Below are positions 35,036-50,637 of a DNA stretch of 64,000 nucleotides, in pieces. Numbering within the stretch: position 1 is the stretch's first letter; every line of letters begins with the position of its first letter. Under the pieces are notes generated by a model, which was not told the origin of the DNA, ran no database searches, and saw only the letters and a program-made list of their open reading frames with translations. Origin of the DNA: Macrostomum lignano (taxonomy: Eukaryota). The position numbers and the translations under genes were made by a program. The DNA lies in assembly GCA_002269645.1 (NCBI GenBank), contig NIVC01001246.1, positions 1-64,000 on the forward strand. Reading direction: 5' to 3'.

Positions 35036-38000
35036 CTACTCAGCCCGATGCTTCGCAAACAGGTCGCATTCGGAGGACGTCTCAGCTTCGCTCTCAGCCT
35101 CCACCTGATCAGTCAACCCAGCAGGTTGCATGGCTCGCCTCAGACTTCTCTGTGCCTCGTCCAATTGCCTCTGCAGACTAGCGCAGTGGCCGCGGTCCCT
35201 GGCCTGAGCCAGTCTCAAGGTGGCATGGTCCGCCTGAAGCTCCGAGTGCTCCTGTCTGAGTTCGGTAAACTGCCGCGACTCAGCCAGCAGTCTGTTGCGC
35301 AACTCTTCGGCCACTTCAATCACCGAATCCCGCTGACGGTTGCATTCGTGCAGCTGCTTGAGCAGTCCATCGTTGACAGCTTCGATGTCCTCTGAGTATT
35401 GTTGCAAGTCAGATTCGTAGTCTGGAGCCGGAGCATGTAGTCGGAGTCTGAATTGTTTAAAAAATAAAGTGCGTATCTTGTTTTCAAGGCTTCTAAAACT
35501 AATAAATAATTGCGTTTTCTCACCGTGTCTCGCAGTTCTTAATCTTCTCATTGAGCTCGTAGACCTTGTGCCGAGTCTCATCAAAGTCCTCGAGCACGCT
35601 GTCCAGCTCACTCTGCTTTTCCTCCAGCTTCTTCTCGCTCTCCTCCGCATGAGACTCGTTTCTCTTATTTAGCTCATCAATGGTTTCCCTCAGCTGCATC
35701 TCAAAATCAGCCTTCTGCTCAATCAGCTTTCTGTGCTGCTCCAAAGCCTCTCGCTGTGCTTCGCAGTCCTGTCTCAGTTTCCTGAGCTCTTTCTCACTCT
35801 CATCTGACTTGACAAAAACCTGTCGAACAGTCTCGTCGCTATCTCTGCACTGCTTTCTGAGTTCATCCTCCAACTCCTTCATCTTGCGAAGCTCTTCAGT
35901 CAGCTTTGCAACTTCAGTCTCTGCGGCCTGAAGCATCTTGGCTTTGAAAAAGTTTTCATTACGCGCTGATTTAATTTCCATGTGCATCTGACTGAAAATT
36001 GGAAATGAATGCACGGAGTGTGATGGAGTATGACAACTGAAAATTGATTAATCTACTTACTTTGCCATATTCTTGTCAATTTCAGCCTGGCTCTTCAATT
36101 CCCTGATCTCCTGCTGCAGTTTTTCTGTCTGCGAGTTGCCTTGAGCAGAGCTGAAAAGCCGAGAGGTCGGGAGTCATTGCTTGCGCTAACAAAAGCCGCT
36201 AATAAAAGAGTTTAAGACCCGTATGCATACCCGCTCTCCAGAGTTTTTATTTTCTCATTCAGTTCGTATACTTTGTGTCGAGTCTCATCAAAATCTTGGA
36301 GCACGCTGTCCAGCTCACTCTGCTTCTGCTCCAGCTGCTTTTGCAGCTTGGCCGCCTCATCAGCTTGCTGCATGCTGTTGGCTTCAGCACCACCGTTCTT
36401 GACTTCCGTCTGGGTTGGACTGGGATGCATGCCGCTATAGAATTCATTGGAAATAGTAATTAAAAACTTTTTTAAGCTCATTAGTTTGTTCAGATCTCCT
36501 GGCCAAGCTTTACAAAATCGGTAGGGAGAGATTCTGTAAGATGTCTGAAGGAAGGGAGTGGACACAGCAACCTGAAGGAGGTTGTCGCGACTTTTCTAGT
36601 CCTTTCTTTAGTTCACCTTCACTTGTCTCTGTTTACTGTTTTCTCTCTCTCTCTCTCTGTCTAGCTCAATCTTGTTATTCTTATCTCTCTCTCCCTTGCT
36701 GCGTAGGGGGTAGCAGGGGATCTGGGTGATAGAGGGTAATAGGATCACCGGAATGATCAAGGAAGGGACAGCAGAGGCCGCTGGAAGGTTCAGGGAGGGG
36801 GCACTGGATGCCACCTAAAGGATCAGGGAGGGGGCACCAGATGCCACCTGAAGGATCAGGGAGGGGGCACCAGATGCCACCTGAAGGTTCAGGGAGGGGA
36901 CAGCAGAGGCCACCTGAAGGTTCAGAGAGGGCCCCAGAGGCCACCTGAAGGTTCAGAGAGGGCCCCAGAGGCCACCTGAAGGATCAGGGAGGGGGCACCA
37001 GATGCCACCTGAAGGTTCAGGGAGGGGACAGCAGAGGCCACCTGAAGGTTCAGAGAGGGCCCCAGAGGCCACCTGAAGGTTCAGAGAGGGGCACCAGATG
37101 CCACCTGAATGATCAGGGAAGGGCACCAGATGCCACCAGAAGGATCACGACGACTCAAAGGATTTCTATCCTAAGCTCACCGATTCTCGTAGTCCTTGAC
37201 CTTCTCATTCAGTTCGTACACTTCATGCCTGGTCTCGTCCAGATCTTCAGTCAAGCTGTCCAGCTCTTCCTGCTTTTTAGTCAGCTGAGTCTGCAGCTTG
37301 CTGACGTCTCCGTCGGCTCGAACGTTGGCGACGTTGTCGCGACGGTCGCTTCTGGAATTTGGAAAAACAAATAAATTTGTTATAATGAAGCGACGGACCC
37401 GGATGTGAATATATGGAAAATAGCCAATGCTCTACCGTCTCTCGTAGTCCTTAATCTTCTCGTTGAGCTCGTAGACTTTGTGTCGAGTCTCGTCAAAATC
37501 TTCGAGCACGCTGTCCAGCTCTACCTGCTTCTCTGCCAGCAGCTTCTCCAGCCTGCCGGTGGCGGTGGCGTCTCCGCGGTCGGCAGACGCGCGACTGCTG
37601 GCCAGCTGGGCCCGCTGCTCCGCCCTGGAGATTGGCGGGTTTCATCAGCTCCCGTAGAAACTCACTGACTAATAAAGTCTAATGATTTTAGTACGTTTGC
37701 ACAATAAAGGAATCCACTTGTTGGAGAGCAGCAGGTTAATATCAAATGCATATGCGAAACAGGAAGTTTCCTTTTTTGCATTGGAAGACCAATGTCTCAC
37801 CTTCTGGACTACCGAATTCCAAATCATGCAGGTTTTTCGTGCGTATGTGTGAATTGTGCAAGCAAAGTTCTGACTAAATTTCAACTTTTCCTTTTTCGCT
37901 CAGACGGGACGAAACCCATCTAACTTTGGAGTTTAAACTGGTTAACTGAAACGAGCTGTGTGAGTTTTTTCTGCCTTCGCAAACGCGCTGCAGCCCCTGC

Positions 38001-39400
38001 TACTCAATCCGCAAGAAGAGAAATTCAGCTTTGCACCAGTCAGCATAGCCGACGTTGTGACGCTCTGCAGACAAATCACCGGGCTGGAAAACGCTGGGCG
38101 CAGACGAGGTGCCCATCGAAGCATTGCGCATCCCCTGTGTGGCTAGTAAGGTCTCCAAGTGATGAAACGCTTACTAGCTCTTCGGTGAGGCGGCGCCTAA
38201 CAAATGTACTACGGCACACATCGTCGCTATTTTCTGAGAACGCGTTCCAGCCCCATTGCGGCACAGTGGTTTCAGATTTTAGTTTTTCGCCAAGACATTG
38301 AGAAGGCGGGAAATACGACAGTTGATCCTAATTGTTGTCTTCATAGATTTCAAAAGGCATTCAACTTGGTTGTCAGAGCCATGCTCCCAATGGTCCCAAT
38401 GGTACATTGCGTGCAGCGTGCACAACTTCCGCGAAGTAAAAAATCGTCTACCTCAGCAGTCTGGTTGCCTTGCCCCTCTATTCTGTGAAGGCGGTCCTGC
38501 AGTCTGAGGCCCTACCTGACCGCCGGAGGACAGCGTTCCTCTGGGAGGTGGTCGAGACCGTGCTGCTTTACAGTACGACATCGAGATCCGCTGGGGACAG
38601 ACTCGTTCGAACAGCAAATTGACGCGGCCCACAGCAGTTCGAAGATCAATTTGAAAAGCTTCTACGTACACATGAAATCATCTTTCCCTCTCTGTCCCTA
38701 ATTATCACCGCTGGGGAAGCCTCTTGATACAAGATACATGTAGTCAATGAAGGCTTTTGATTTTCTTTTTAGAGACTGAATTTTTGGCGTTGGTTCTGTT
38801 CTATGACTTATCGCTTCAAAATGAGCCCTAAGTTCGCACATATTTTGTGTCGTTCTACTTAAGTTGTCTAGGTCTGTCTTTCGACCCAAACTTCCAAAAC
38901 TTCCAAACCCATGAAAACTTTGTTCACTTACAACTTGAATGCTCAAACAGTGGTCTCGTAAATGTTTTCTCCACTCTGTAAATCAAACATCGCTTACCGA
39001 CTCTTGTACTCCTTGACCTTCTTATTGAGCTGGTAGACCGTGTGTCGAGTCTCATCAAAGTCTTGAAGCAAACGGTCCAGTTCCATCTGCTTCTCCTCCA
39101 GCTGTTTACGCAGCTCCCGGATTGCTTTATCTTTTTGAGCATCAGAGTTCTCGCCGACCGTCTCGCCTTGCATCGCTGGCCTCATTCCTCGATTCCCATA
39201 ATGCTTGAATTTCCTAGCGGGCTAAAATTATTAATGACAGTTTTTTGTTCACTACCTCTACACATACTCTTGGATGCTTTGAGCATTTTCGAATACCGCT
39301 TCATCTTTTGTGGTCATTCAGACTGGCCTGCAGCTGACTCACCTGACTACTCTGCTCCATCTTCTGCAGGTCAGACTCCGACAATGATGAGGCAATTTGA
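35036..39400 (-). CDS. Coiled-coil protein with five copies of a repeated exon module; exons (~39400-39268), 39213-38998, 37624-37436, 37351-37181, 36434-36231, 36150-36061, 35991-35524, 35447-35036; 5' end unresolved
   Basis: All junctions are GT-AG phase 2. Internal exon lengths 216, 189, 171, 204, 90 and 468 are all divisible by 3. Repeated motif KQxELDSxLxDFDETRHKVYELNEKxK. Confidence 0.8.
36770..37140. repeat. Intronic 33-bp minisatellite, ~11 copies
   Basis: GGAGGGGGCACCAGATGCCACCTGAAGGATCAG variants. Confidence 0.92.
37950..38230 (-). mobile_element. Highly degenerate Tc1 transposase remnant (intronic)
   Basis: Fragments across frames: VCRSTFVRRRLTEE, HRGCAMLRWA, ADWCKAEF. These resemble Tc1 STVRRRL / HRxxRLxWA / DWxxVxFSDE. 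Confidence 0.4.
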
Positions 39401-39869
39401 AAATCAAAAACTGTTCAAATGAATTGCAACGATGTCTTTTTCAGTTAGCATGCGCTCGTAATGTTTGGGCTAACAACTCACGCTGGTTGTACATATTCTT
39501 ACGATAGTGCCATTTAAAATTAATTAAAGTAAAATATAATACGAGCGTACCATGCACTTACCTATCTATTTTGTTGAACAAGGTACTAAAAGAGGCAGAG
39601 AACTGAAAAGAAACTATACATAGCCTACTTTAGATCTACAGCCAGGAGTGAGAGCTACGCTTGTACTCGAGCTTCTAGGCCTTTGCGCGTGTACTGATGG
39701 CCACCTTGCGAAACGTACGTTGCCTTTGCAAATTTATAAATGTACACTACAAATGTACACTTTTGATTGTACGGGCGTATAAAGCGATTATCTGCAATTT
39801 TTTTTACTTACGCTCATAAACGCCAGATATAGAATCTAGCAGGCCAGAGTGCGTATGACTGCAGGCCAA

Positions 39870-40215
39870 AGAGAGGAGAAGAGAGAAGAGAGACGAAAGA
39901 GGGGAGATGAGAGAGGAGAGATTAGAAGAGGGGAGAGAGGAGAGGGTAGAAAGTAGGGGGAAGGAAGGAAGAGAGGAGAATGAAGAGAGGGAAGAAGAGG
40001 GGAGAAAAGAGGATTGGAGAGAGAAGAGAAAGGGAGAGAGGAGAGAAGGGGAGAGAGGAGAGAATGGGAGAGAGGAGGGGAGAGAGGAGAGAAGAGCGGA
40101 GAGAGAAGAGGGGAGAAAGGAGAGAAAGAAAGAGAGAGGGGAGAGAGCGGAGATGGGGGATAAGTGTAAAAAAAGGGAGAGAAGAGGAGATGAAAAAAAG
40201 AGAGCTGAGAAGTGA
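39870..40215. repeat. Purine-only (GA-rich) low-complexity tract
   Basis: Almost exclusively A/G for ~350 bp. Confidence 0.95.
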
Positions 40216-40789
40216 CAAAAACTTTGAGCAGGCCCGATTGCTATTGTGAAGGTCTCAAAGGACCCAAGGGCCGGATAGAGAGGCTTCGCAGGTCAGAGTC
40301 TGCCGACCCCTGGAACTTTGCACTAAATAATAAATTTGTCCTGGAGCGCTGTTGACTTCATTCTTGTTTAAGTGCGTTACAGCACGAAAACTTCCAGAGG
40401 GCGGAAATTCGCAGTCACGTCCACTGTTCAATACAATTAAGGATTAAAAAGCCGAGAAATACAAAACTATTAGTTCTTTCTGACAAAGTTTACGTAGTTT
40501 AGTATCTTATGGAGTTTATTTTTTACAATATTTAGGGTTGCAAAACGTCATGGCATTAATTGTTCAATAAAATATTGAGTGGGAACTTCTAGTGAGACGT
40601 TTTATTCCTTAGCAAAAGAAAATTTCTTTCTCTAAATTGGAATTATTTACGAGTAGCTCGTAATTCGCCATCTGCCAAATTATTGTTTTCAAAGCCTAGT
40701 CGACATGCTTATTCACAAAAACGTCCTTAAAGTAGAATGTTTCACAGTGACCTTCAGATGCCACTGGCCAAGTCTCATCGCCCGACACA

Positions 40790-45609
<4,820 letters not shown>

Positions 45610-45999
45610 CTTGAAAAAGCAGCAAAAGCACTTATAATTTTCTCAAATTCTTGTCTGCGTTAGCAATGAGCTATGATACGGTGCTGCACAAGCTTCATAT
45701 AGTTATAAGGCTATTTTCAACTGTACTGGGCAAGACTGTACAACCTATGTAAACGTATTGTCAGCTACCTTATCTTAGAGGGTTAAGGAGTTGACAAAAT
45801 CATGCACACTGCTGTGCAGCCATTTTGCTTTTTATTTTAGTCTTGACGAATTGCTCACAAAAACAGCGAGGGTTGAAATTGTGGGCCCAGGCATAACTAG
45901 ACAATTTGTTGAAACGAAGAACGAAAACCCAAATGCTAAAATTATATTTAAAAATCCGTAGCAGGGAATAAGTATTGTACAGAGACAAATTTATTCACT

Positions 46000-46390
46000 A
46001 AAGATGATTCTTTTTTTTCACTTGCCAAGCTGTTAGCATCGGAAAGCTGTAATTTCTGTAAACCTGCTGTGAGTTTGAGTTTGAGAGACTCTTGATGAAC
46101 ACCCAAGCAGAGTCCTATCTTCGGATAAAGGCAACCTCCGTGGTCCCTTTTAGCGGCCCGGCACCTTAGCTTTCGAATGGGTTGATATACAGACTTGCTG
46201 GTCCGCGGCTTCGTTGCCGGGCACGCCGCAGTGGGCCGGCACCCAGTTTCGCAGGATTCTGGTTGGGTGCGACACTTCGTCGACGGATTGTCCGGGTGTC
46301 CGTTGTCCGGGGGCCCCGCGGGGGGAACAACTTTTTGCACTTTGCTGATGCTGCTGCTCTGGCTTTGCTCAACAAATAGTTTCTTGACCA
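46000..46390 (-). mobile_element. Non-LTR retrotransposon fragment with RNase H (I-group-like)
   Basis: 46246-46201 reads WVPAHCGVPGNEAADQ, the RNase H signature. DNA near 46090-46130 is similar to 62640-62690. Confidence 0.65.
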
Positions 46391-46399
46391 ACTGAAGCT

Positions 46400-47469
46400 C
46401 CTTGATTGCTGATTTCCAGCCGATAATCGTGTAGAGTTCTCGCCAATGACTAAAAACTGAAGTCTGACATTCTTACGGCAGGGCGATGACACTGGGTCAG
46501 CTGTCTCAGAGGAATCACATTGACATCCGCCCCAGTATTACTCGTACCTTGAAGTGCATTTTTCTTTCAGAGTCCGTGACTGGCAAACCATCATAGCCGA
46601 GGCATCAGCTGGCTTGGGCTGGCGAGCATTCGGCTTTTCCACCGTCATGATAGCTGCTGTCGGAGCATCGCCAGCACAGTCGGCCTTGGAGTCCTCCACC
46701 AGCTCGTGACATTCGCTGAGCGGCACACGGACGCAAAATGATTCGTGCGACCACAAATATTGCACGTCTTACCAAAGGCCGGGCACCTGCGCCGCTCATG
46801 CTGCTGTCCGCAGAATCCGCAGCTTCGAGCCGATCTGGCGTGGCTGACTGTCGCCTTGGCTTGGTTTTGCACGGCATCGACAGACGCTGGCGCGGGTGCA
46901 GGCGCCGCTCGGCTAATCTGCTCAGTGGCCAGGGTCCGAGCCTGCCGCTTCGAAGTCTCGGATGTTCAACCCATCTGGATGGCGCGATCATCTGGATGGC
47001 ATTTTATTTGACGGAGGCTCGCAGTAGTCTTTGAATGCCTCGACTACTTTGTCGTAAATAGCTACCTTGTCTGCAGGAAACCTGGAGAAGATATCTTGAC
47101 TGTCGGATCCCAGGGCGGTTATCAGAATGGCAATCTTCACATCGTTGCTTTCTTCAGTTCTTTTCGTAGCTTTTATATAAAGATCGAACGATTTGATCCA
47201 CCTTCTCCAGTTGTCCGCCCTTTGGTGTCAAAAACCATAGGCTCTGGCGGCCTCAATCTATGCTTGCCAGACTGGACAGGTAGGTAGTTTAGACTTGCGA
47301 CGCCATGTTATGAAATAAGCCAAGTCATGATAGTTGCAATTAGCTACGAAAACTCTTAGACTCCACTGTACATGGAAGGGGTGTGGGAAGTGTACACAGA
47401 AGTACACGAAACTGCGAGAGTAAATATTATTACTAGCACACAAGACACAACAATCGTCAGATATGTACA
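46400..47469 (-). mobile_element. Ty3/Gypsy LTR-retrotransposon relic: candidate 5' LTR 47469-47306, PBS-like site, broken gag and protease
   Basis: TGTA...TAACA followed by TGGCGTCGCAAGT. Gag N-terminus LRPPEPMVFD..NWRRWIKSFDLYIKAT...ALGSDSQDIF and YDKVVEAFKDYCEP. Double zinc knuckle CGFCGQQH...CPAFGKTCNICGRTNHFASVCRS. Mutated protease site NTGADVNVIP. Confidence 0.85.
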
Positions 47470-49058
47470 CTTGGAGGTTGGCCCTCAATGGATGCGAATC
47501 GCATGGCAATCAACTGTCGAATTGCTCGTGCACAAGCCCCAAATGAATATGGCCACGCGCACGGAATCGAGTTCCCTGGTGACTCCTTCCGCCGAACCTA
47601 ATTCGTTTGCGATCCCAATCTGAGCTAGCTTGAGAGCCTCTATCACCTGGTCAACCATTTTGATACTAAAAAATGCTAGAAAAAAAACTATGAAAACCGG
47701 GCGGAAGCTTCAATCCATCCATCTTCGCCCTCCGCTCTTCCCAATCCCTCCTCACCCAGCCCAGCTCTGCGTCGCGTGGCGCAAGTTGCGTCACTCAAAA
47801 GTCAATACTGAGCTAGAATTTACTGCGCTCTCTCAAAGTGGCGACTTTTTAATGTTGTTGAGTATACTTGCTCTTTTGATTACAGTTATTTGCTGCAGAT
47901 GGGGAAGTGACACAAAGGTTCACACCAAGTTCATTCTTGCATCCGCAAATAAACTGAATGCACTATTTTGTATTCAAAACAGCAGAAGCGCACTTAATTT
48001 GCATGCGCGTGTTATTGTAGCAGATTTGCGTATTTTAGCGTCAATTTAACCGCGTACTTCGTCGAAACATTGCCTGTCGCAGGCTGAGGTGGATAGTCCT
48101 AGAGAGCGAAGCCTAGTGGTTGTAATTTAGCGCCAGAAGTACAAGAAGTAAGCTCGTACTTTAGCGATAGCGCCGACCACACGATTAAAAGCATTTTAAT
48201 TGGTGGGTATCAGCAGGACGCCTGCTCAGGTACAGCAATAGATGTAACTTTCGTCTGACCGGCATTGCTGCTAAATTTAGGTGGTTGTGAGTAGCGTAGC
48301 TACTCTGAGTTAGCGAACACGTCCCAGGGGGGGGGGGGCGCCCCCGGGCCTGTGTGGGCTCTCCGTTGCGCGTGCTCTGTCTGGCGGGGTGGTGGGGGCT
48401 TGAGTCCCCCACCCGGCCCTTTGGGGGTTTTTTAGGCCGCGCGGGGCTGCTCTGGCACAGCTACCCTGCTCAATTTTTTATTCTTTTCCCCCCTTTTAAA
48501 GGCACATTTGTCTTTAAATCGCCTTCGTACTCAGCTCATTAATCTATATTCGACCAATCACAAGGGCGCCTGTTCCGCCCGGGTTCGTCTCCCTCGCCCG
48601 TGACGTGCCTTCGCCTTCCTTCCTCGGCGTCGTTCGCTAAAGCTAAATATAATTATGAATGGCCCATGTGGGTACTGGGTCGACAAATTATTGGATATTG
48701 CATGCATAATTCATAAATCAACGAGCTCCATCAACAGTGGAGTAGGACACATTAAACTTTACGGGGTGAAAAGACAGACAGGAATCATAGCTTTAATGAT
48801 GAGCAGGATGAAAACGGCTACCCCTCGTAGTATATTAAGGAATGGCTTGTGACTCATGCACCACCTGTGCTGCATGGCGGGGGGGGGCGTTGCAAGCTAA
48901 ATGTTTTGACTGTTTGTCATGGTAGCAATGGACCATCCTCAAGCGATATTTTAATCTAGCATTGGCCAGTTAGGGGAATATTACCCTTTCCTTGCCCCAG
49001 AAAGACTAGAGGGTAATAGAAGTTTTTTACGATACATTACAAAGCGATTAACTTCAAG

Positions 49059-49802
49059 ATGCTCAGCTCCGGAGCTCACGTCAAACTGGCAATCATTCTG
49101 CTGGCTCTGCAAGCTCCAGCTGCGATGCAGGACGCCTACAACCTGATCACCGGCTACCTGTGCATCAGGAGCGACTTCATTGAAATTCCAGGTGACTCGA
49201 ACTCTGAGATCGGGTGCGCCACTCTGTGCAGCCGCAATCCGCGTTGTCAGGCGTTCAGCCTGGCTGACGGTCCGTGCCAGCTGTTCGTGTTCGACAAGTG
49301 CAGCAAGTCGGTGAGGGACTGCGGCTGCTCCAGGAGAGGCCGGGTGTTTGAGAAGCAGCAGCCGGGACTCGAGGCGGGCGCGCTGTGTCCGTCTGGCTAC
49401 AGAGACGACCTGTGCAGAGTAAAGTACGAGCTGCACTTTAACGTCGATTTCTGGTGGCCGAGCAGACGCCTGTGCGAGTCGGAGAGCGGTCTGGTGATCA
49501 TGGCCGACGTTGTGGACGCCTCCGAGATGAGCCACGTGGACTCGATCTACGACAGCCGGGCGGGCGGCACCTCGTTCTGGCTGGGCGGCCTTCAGCCGGC
49601 TGGCAGCCCGGAGCCAGCAGGCGGCTGGTACTGGGTCGGCTGCAACATCTCCGTTGACGCCACCCTGTGGGGCATCGGCGAGCCCGAGGATCCGCAGAAT
49701 GCTATCGGAAGGTGGTACGCTCACAACAAGCTGTCTGACTTCAGTGAGGTCTCTGCTACCCCGCGAGCCGTCCTGTGCGAATGCTGGTCTCCCTTTGACT
49801 GA
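49059..49802 (+). CDS. Secreted PAN/Apple + C-type-lectin-like domain protein, 247 aa, intronless
   Basis: Signal peptide; PAN pattern SEIGCATLCSRNPRCQAF...CQL; CTLD pattern SRRLCE...FWLGG...GGWYW...LWGIGEP...VLCE. Confidence 0.85.
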   Translation: MLSSGAHVKLAIILLALQAPAAMQDAYNLITGYLCIRSDFIEIPGDSNSEIGCATLCSRNPRCQAFSLADGPCQLFVFDKCSKSVRDCGCSRRGRVFEKQQPGLEAGALCPSGYRDDLCRVKYELHFNVDFWWPSRRLCESESGLVIMADVVDASEMSHVDSIYDSRAGGTSFWLGGLQPAGSPEPAGGWYWVGCNISVDATLWGIGEPEDPQNAIGRWYAHNKLSDFSEVSATPRAVLCECWSPFD

Positions 49803-50239
49803 GAGACGCAACTAAATCAAGTATGAAGTGCAAGAAGAAAAACTAACTTTGTATCTGCGTAGAAGCTATGCCCATCTTAGTACAGTAAGTTTTGACTCCG
49901 CAAAAAGGATTCTTCAAAGTTTTCTTGTGCTTTAACTTTTTTTCATTTTGCCTGTCGATTAAAATAATATTTACAAATTTTCCCGCAAGAACAATTTGTC
50001 CTATCATAGAAATCGTTTCAAACAATTTTTGTATTTAGCACCCAGAAGTGTTACTAATTTTTTTTCAATTACAGATGTTCCGTCGATAGTTGAGTTCAAG
50101 AAATACAAGTTTGCATTTCCGATTTTAGTGTCGATCTCCGACTGCTTTTTAGAGCAGAGGTGAGTGCACTCTCTAATCGACGGTTTCAAGGATCCACTTG
50201 GGGAAATAATGCGAAAGCTATCCTGCATGTGTTCCTCCA

Positions 50240-50400
50240 ACAGTCCTTAGTGAATAATTCAGCGACGAGGTCAACTTCCGCGAACGTTAGGCCGTCTAGA
50301 ATATCGACGGGACGGTTACCATGGTGTTGCAACCTGACACCGGTAACCAGTTTGATCCATCTTCTCGATGCTCCGTCGTCTGCTCCGTCAACTGCTAGTT
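50240..50400 (-). mobile_element. Short LINE ORF2 fragment
   Basis: HHGNRPVDILDGLTFAEVD aligns at DNA and protein level with HLGNRP..IDILNGQTSAKVD at ~63080-63150. Confidence 0.45.
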
Positions 50401-50637
50401 CACAGTTGGTTGACTAGCTGTCTAGCCCTCATTTTACAGTGCGTGACAATCAAAATCATTCTAATAAAAGACAATGATTTCAAAGTCTCCTTTCACCCGT
50501 TCTATGGTAATTACGCGGGATACTTTTTATCTAGCTATGGTTAAAATGCGATACAATGACGATCTAGGACGTACCACACATACTCGTATCATATTATAGC
50601 ATATAGCTATAGCATATCATAGAAGTCAATTCAGGTT

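Noticed and set aside
39907-40249. E/R/G-rich and L/S/P-rich ORFs
   Set aside because: Products of a purine-only low-complexity tract.
40270-40313. hAT/Charlie-like end (TGCCGACCCCTG)
   Set aside because: No matching opposite end or 8-bp TSD found.
48981-49811. 276-aa minus-strand ORF
   Set aside because: Antisense shadow of the GC-rich PAN-lectin CDS.
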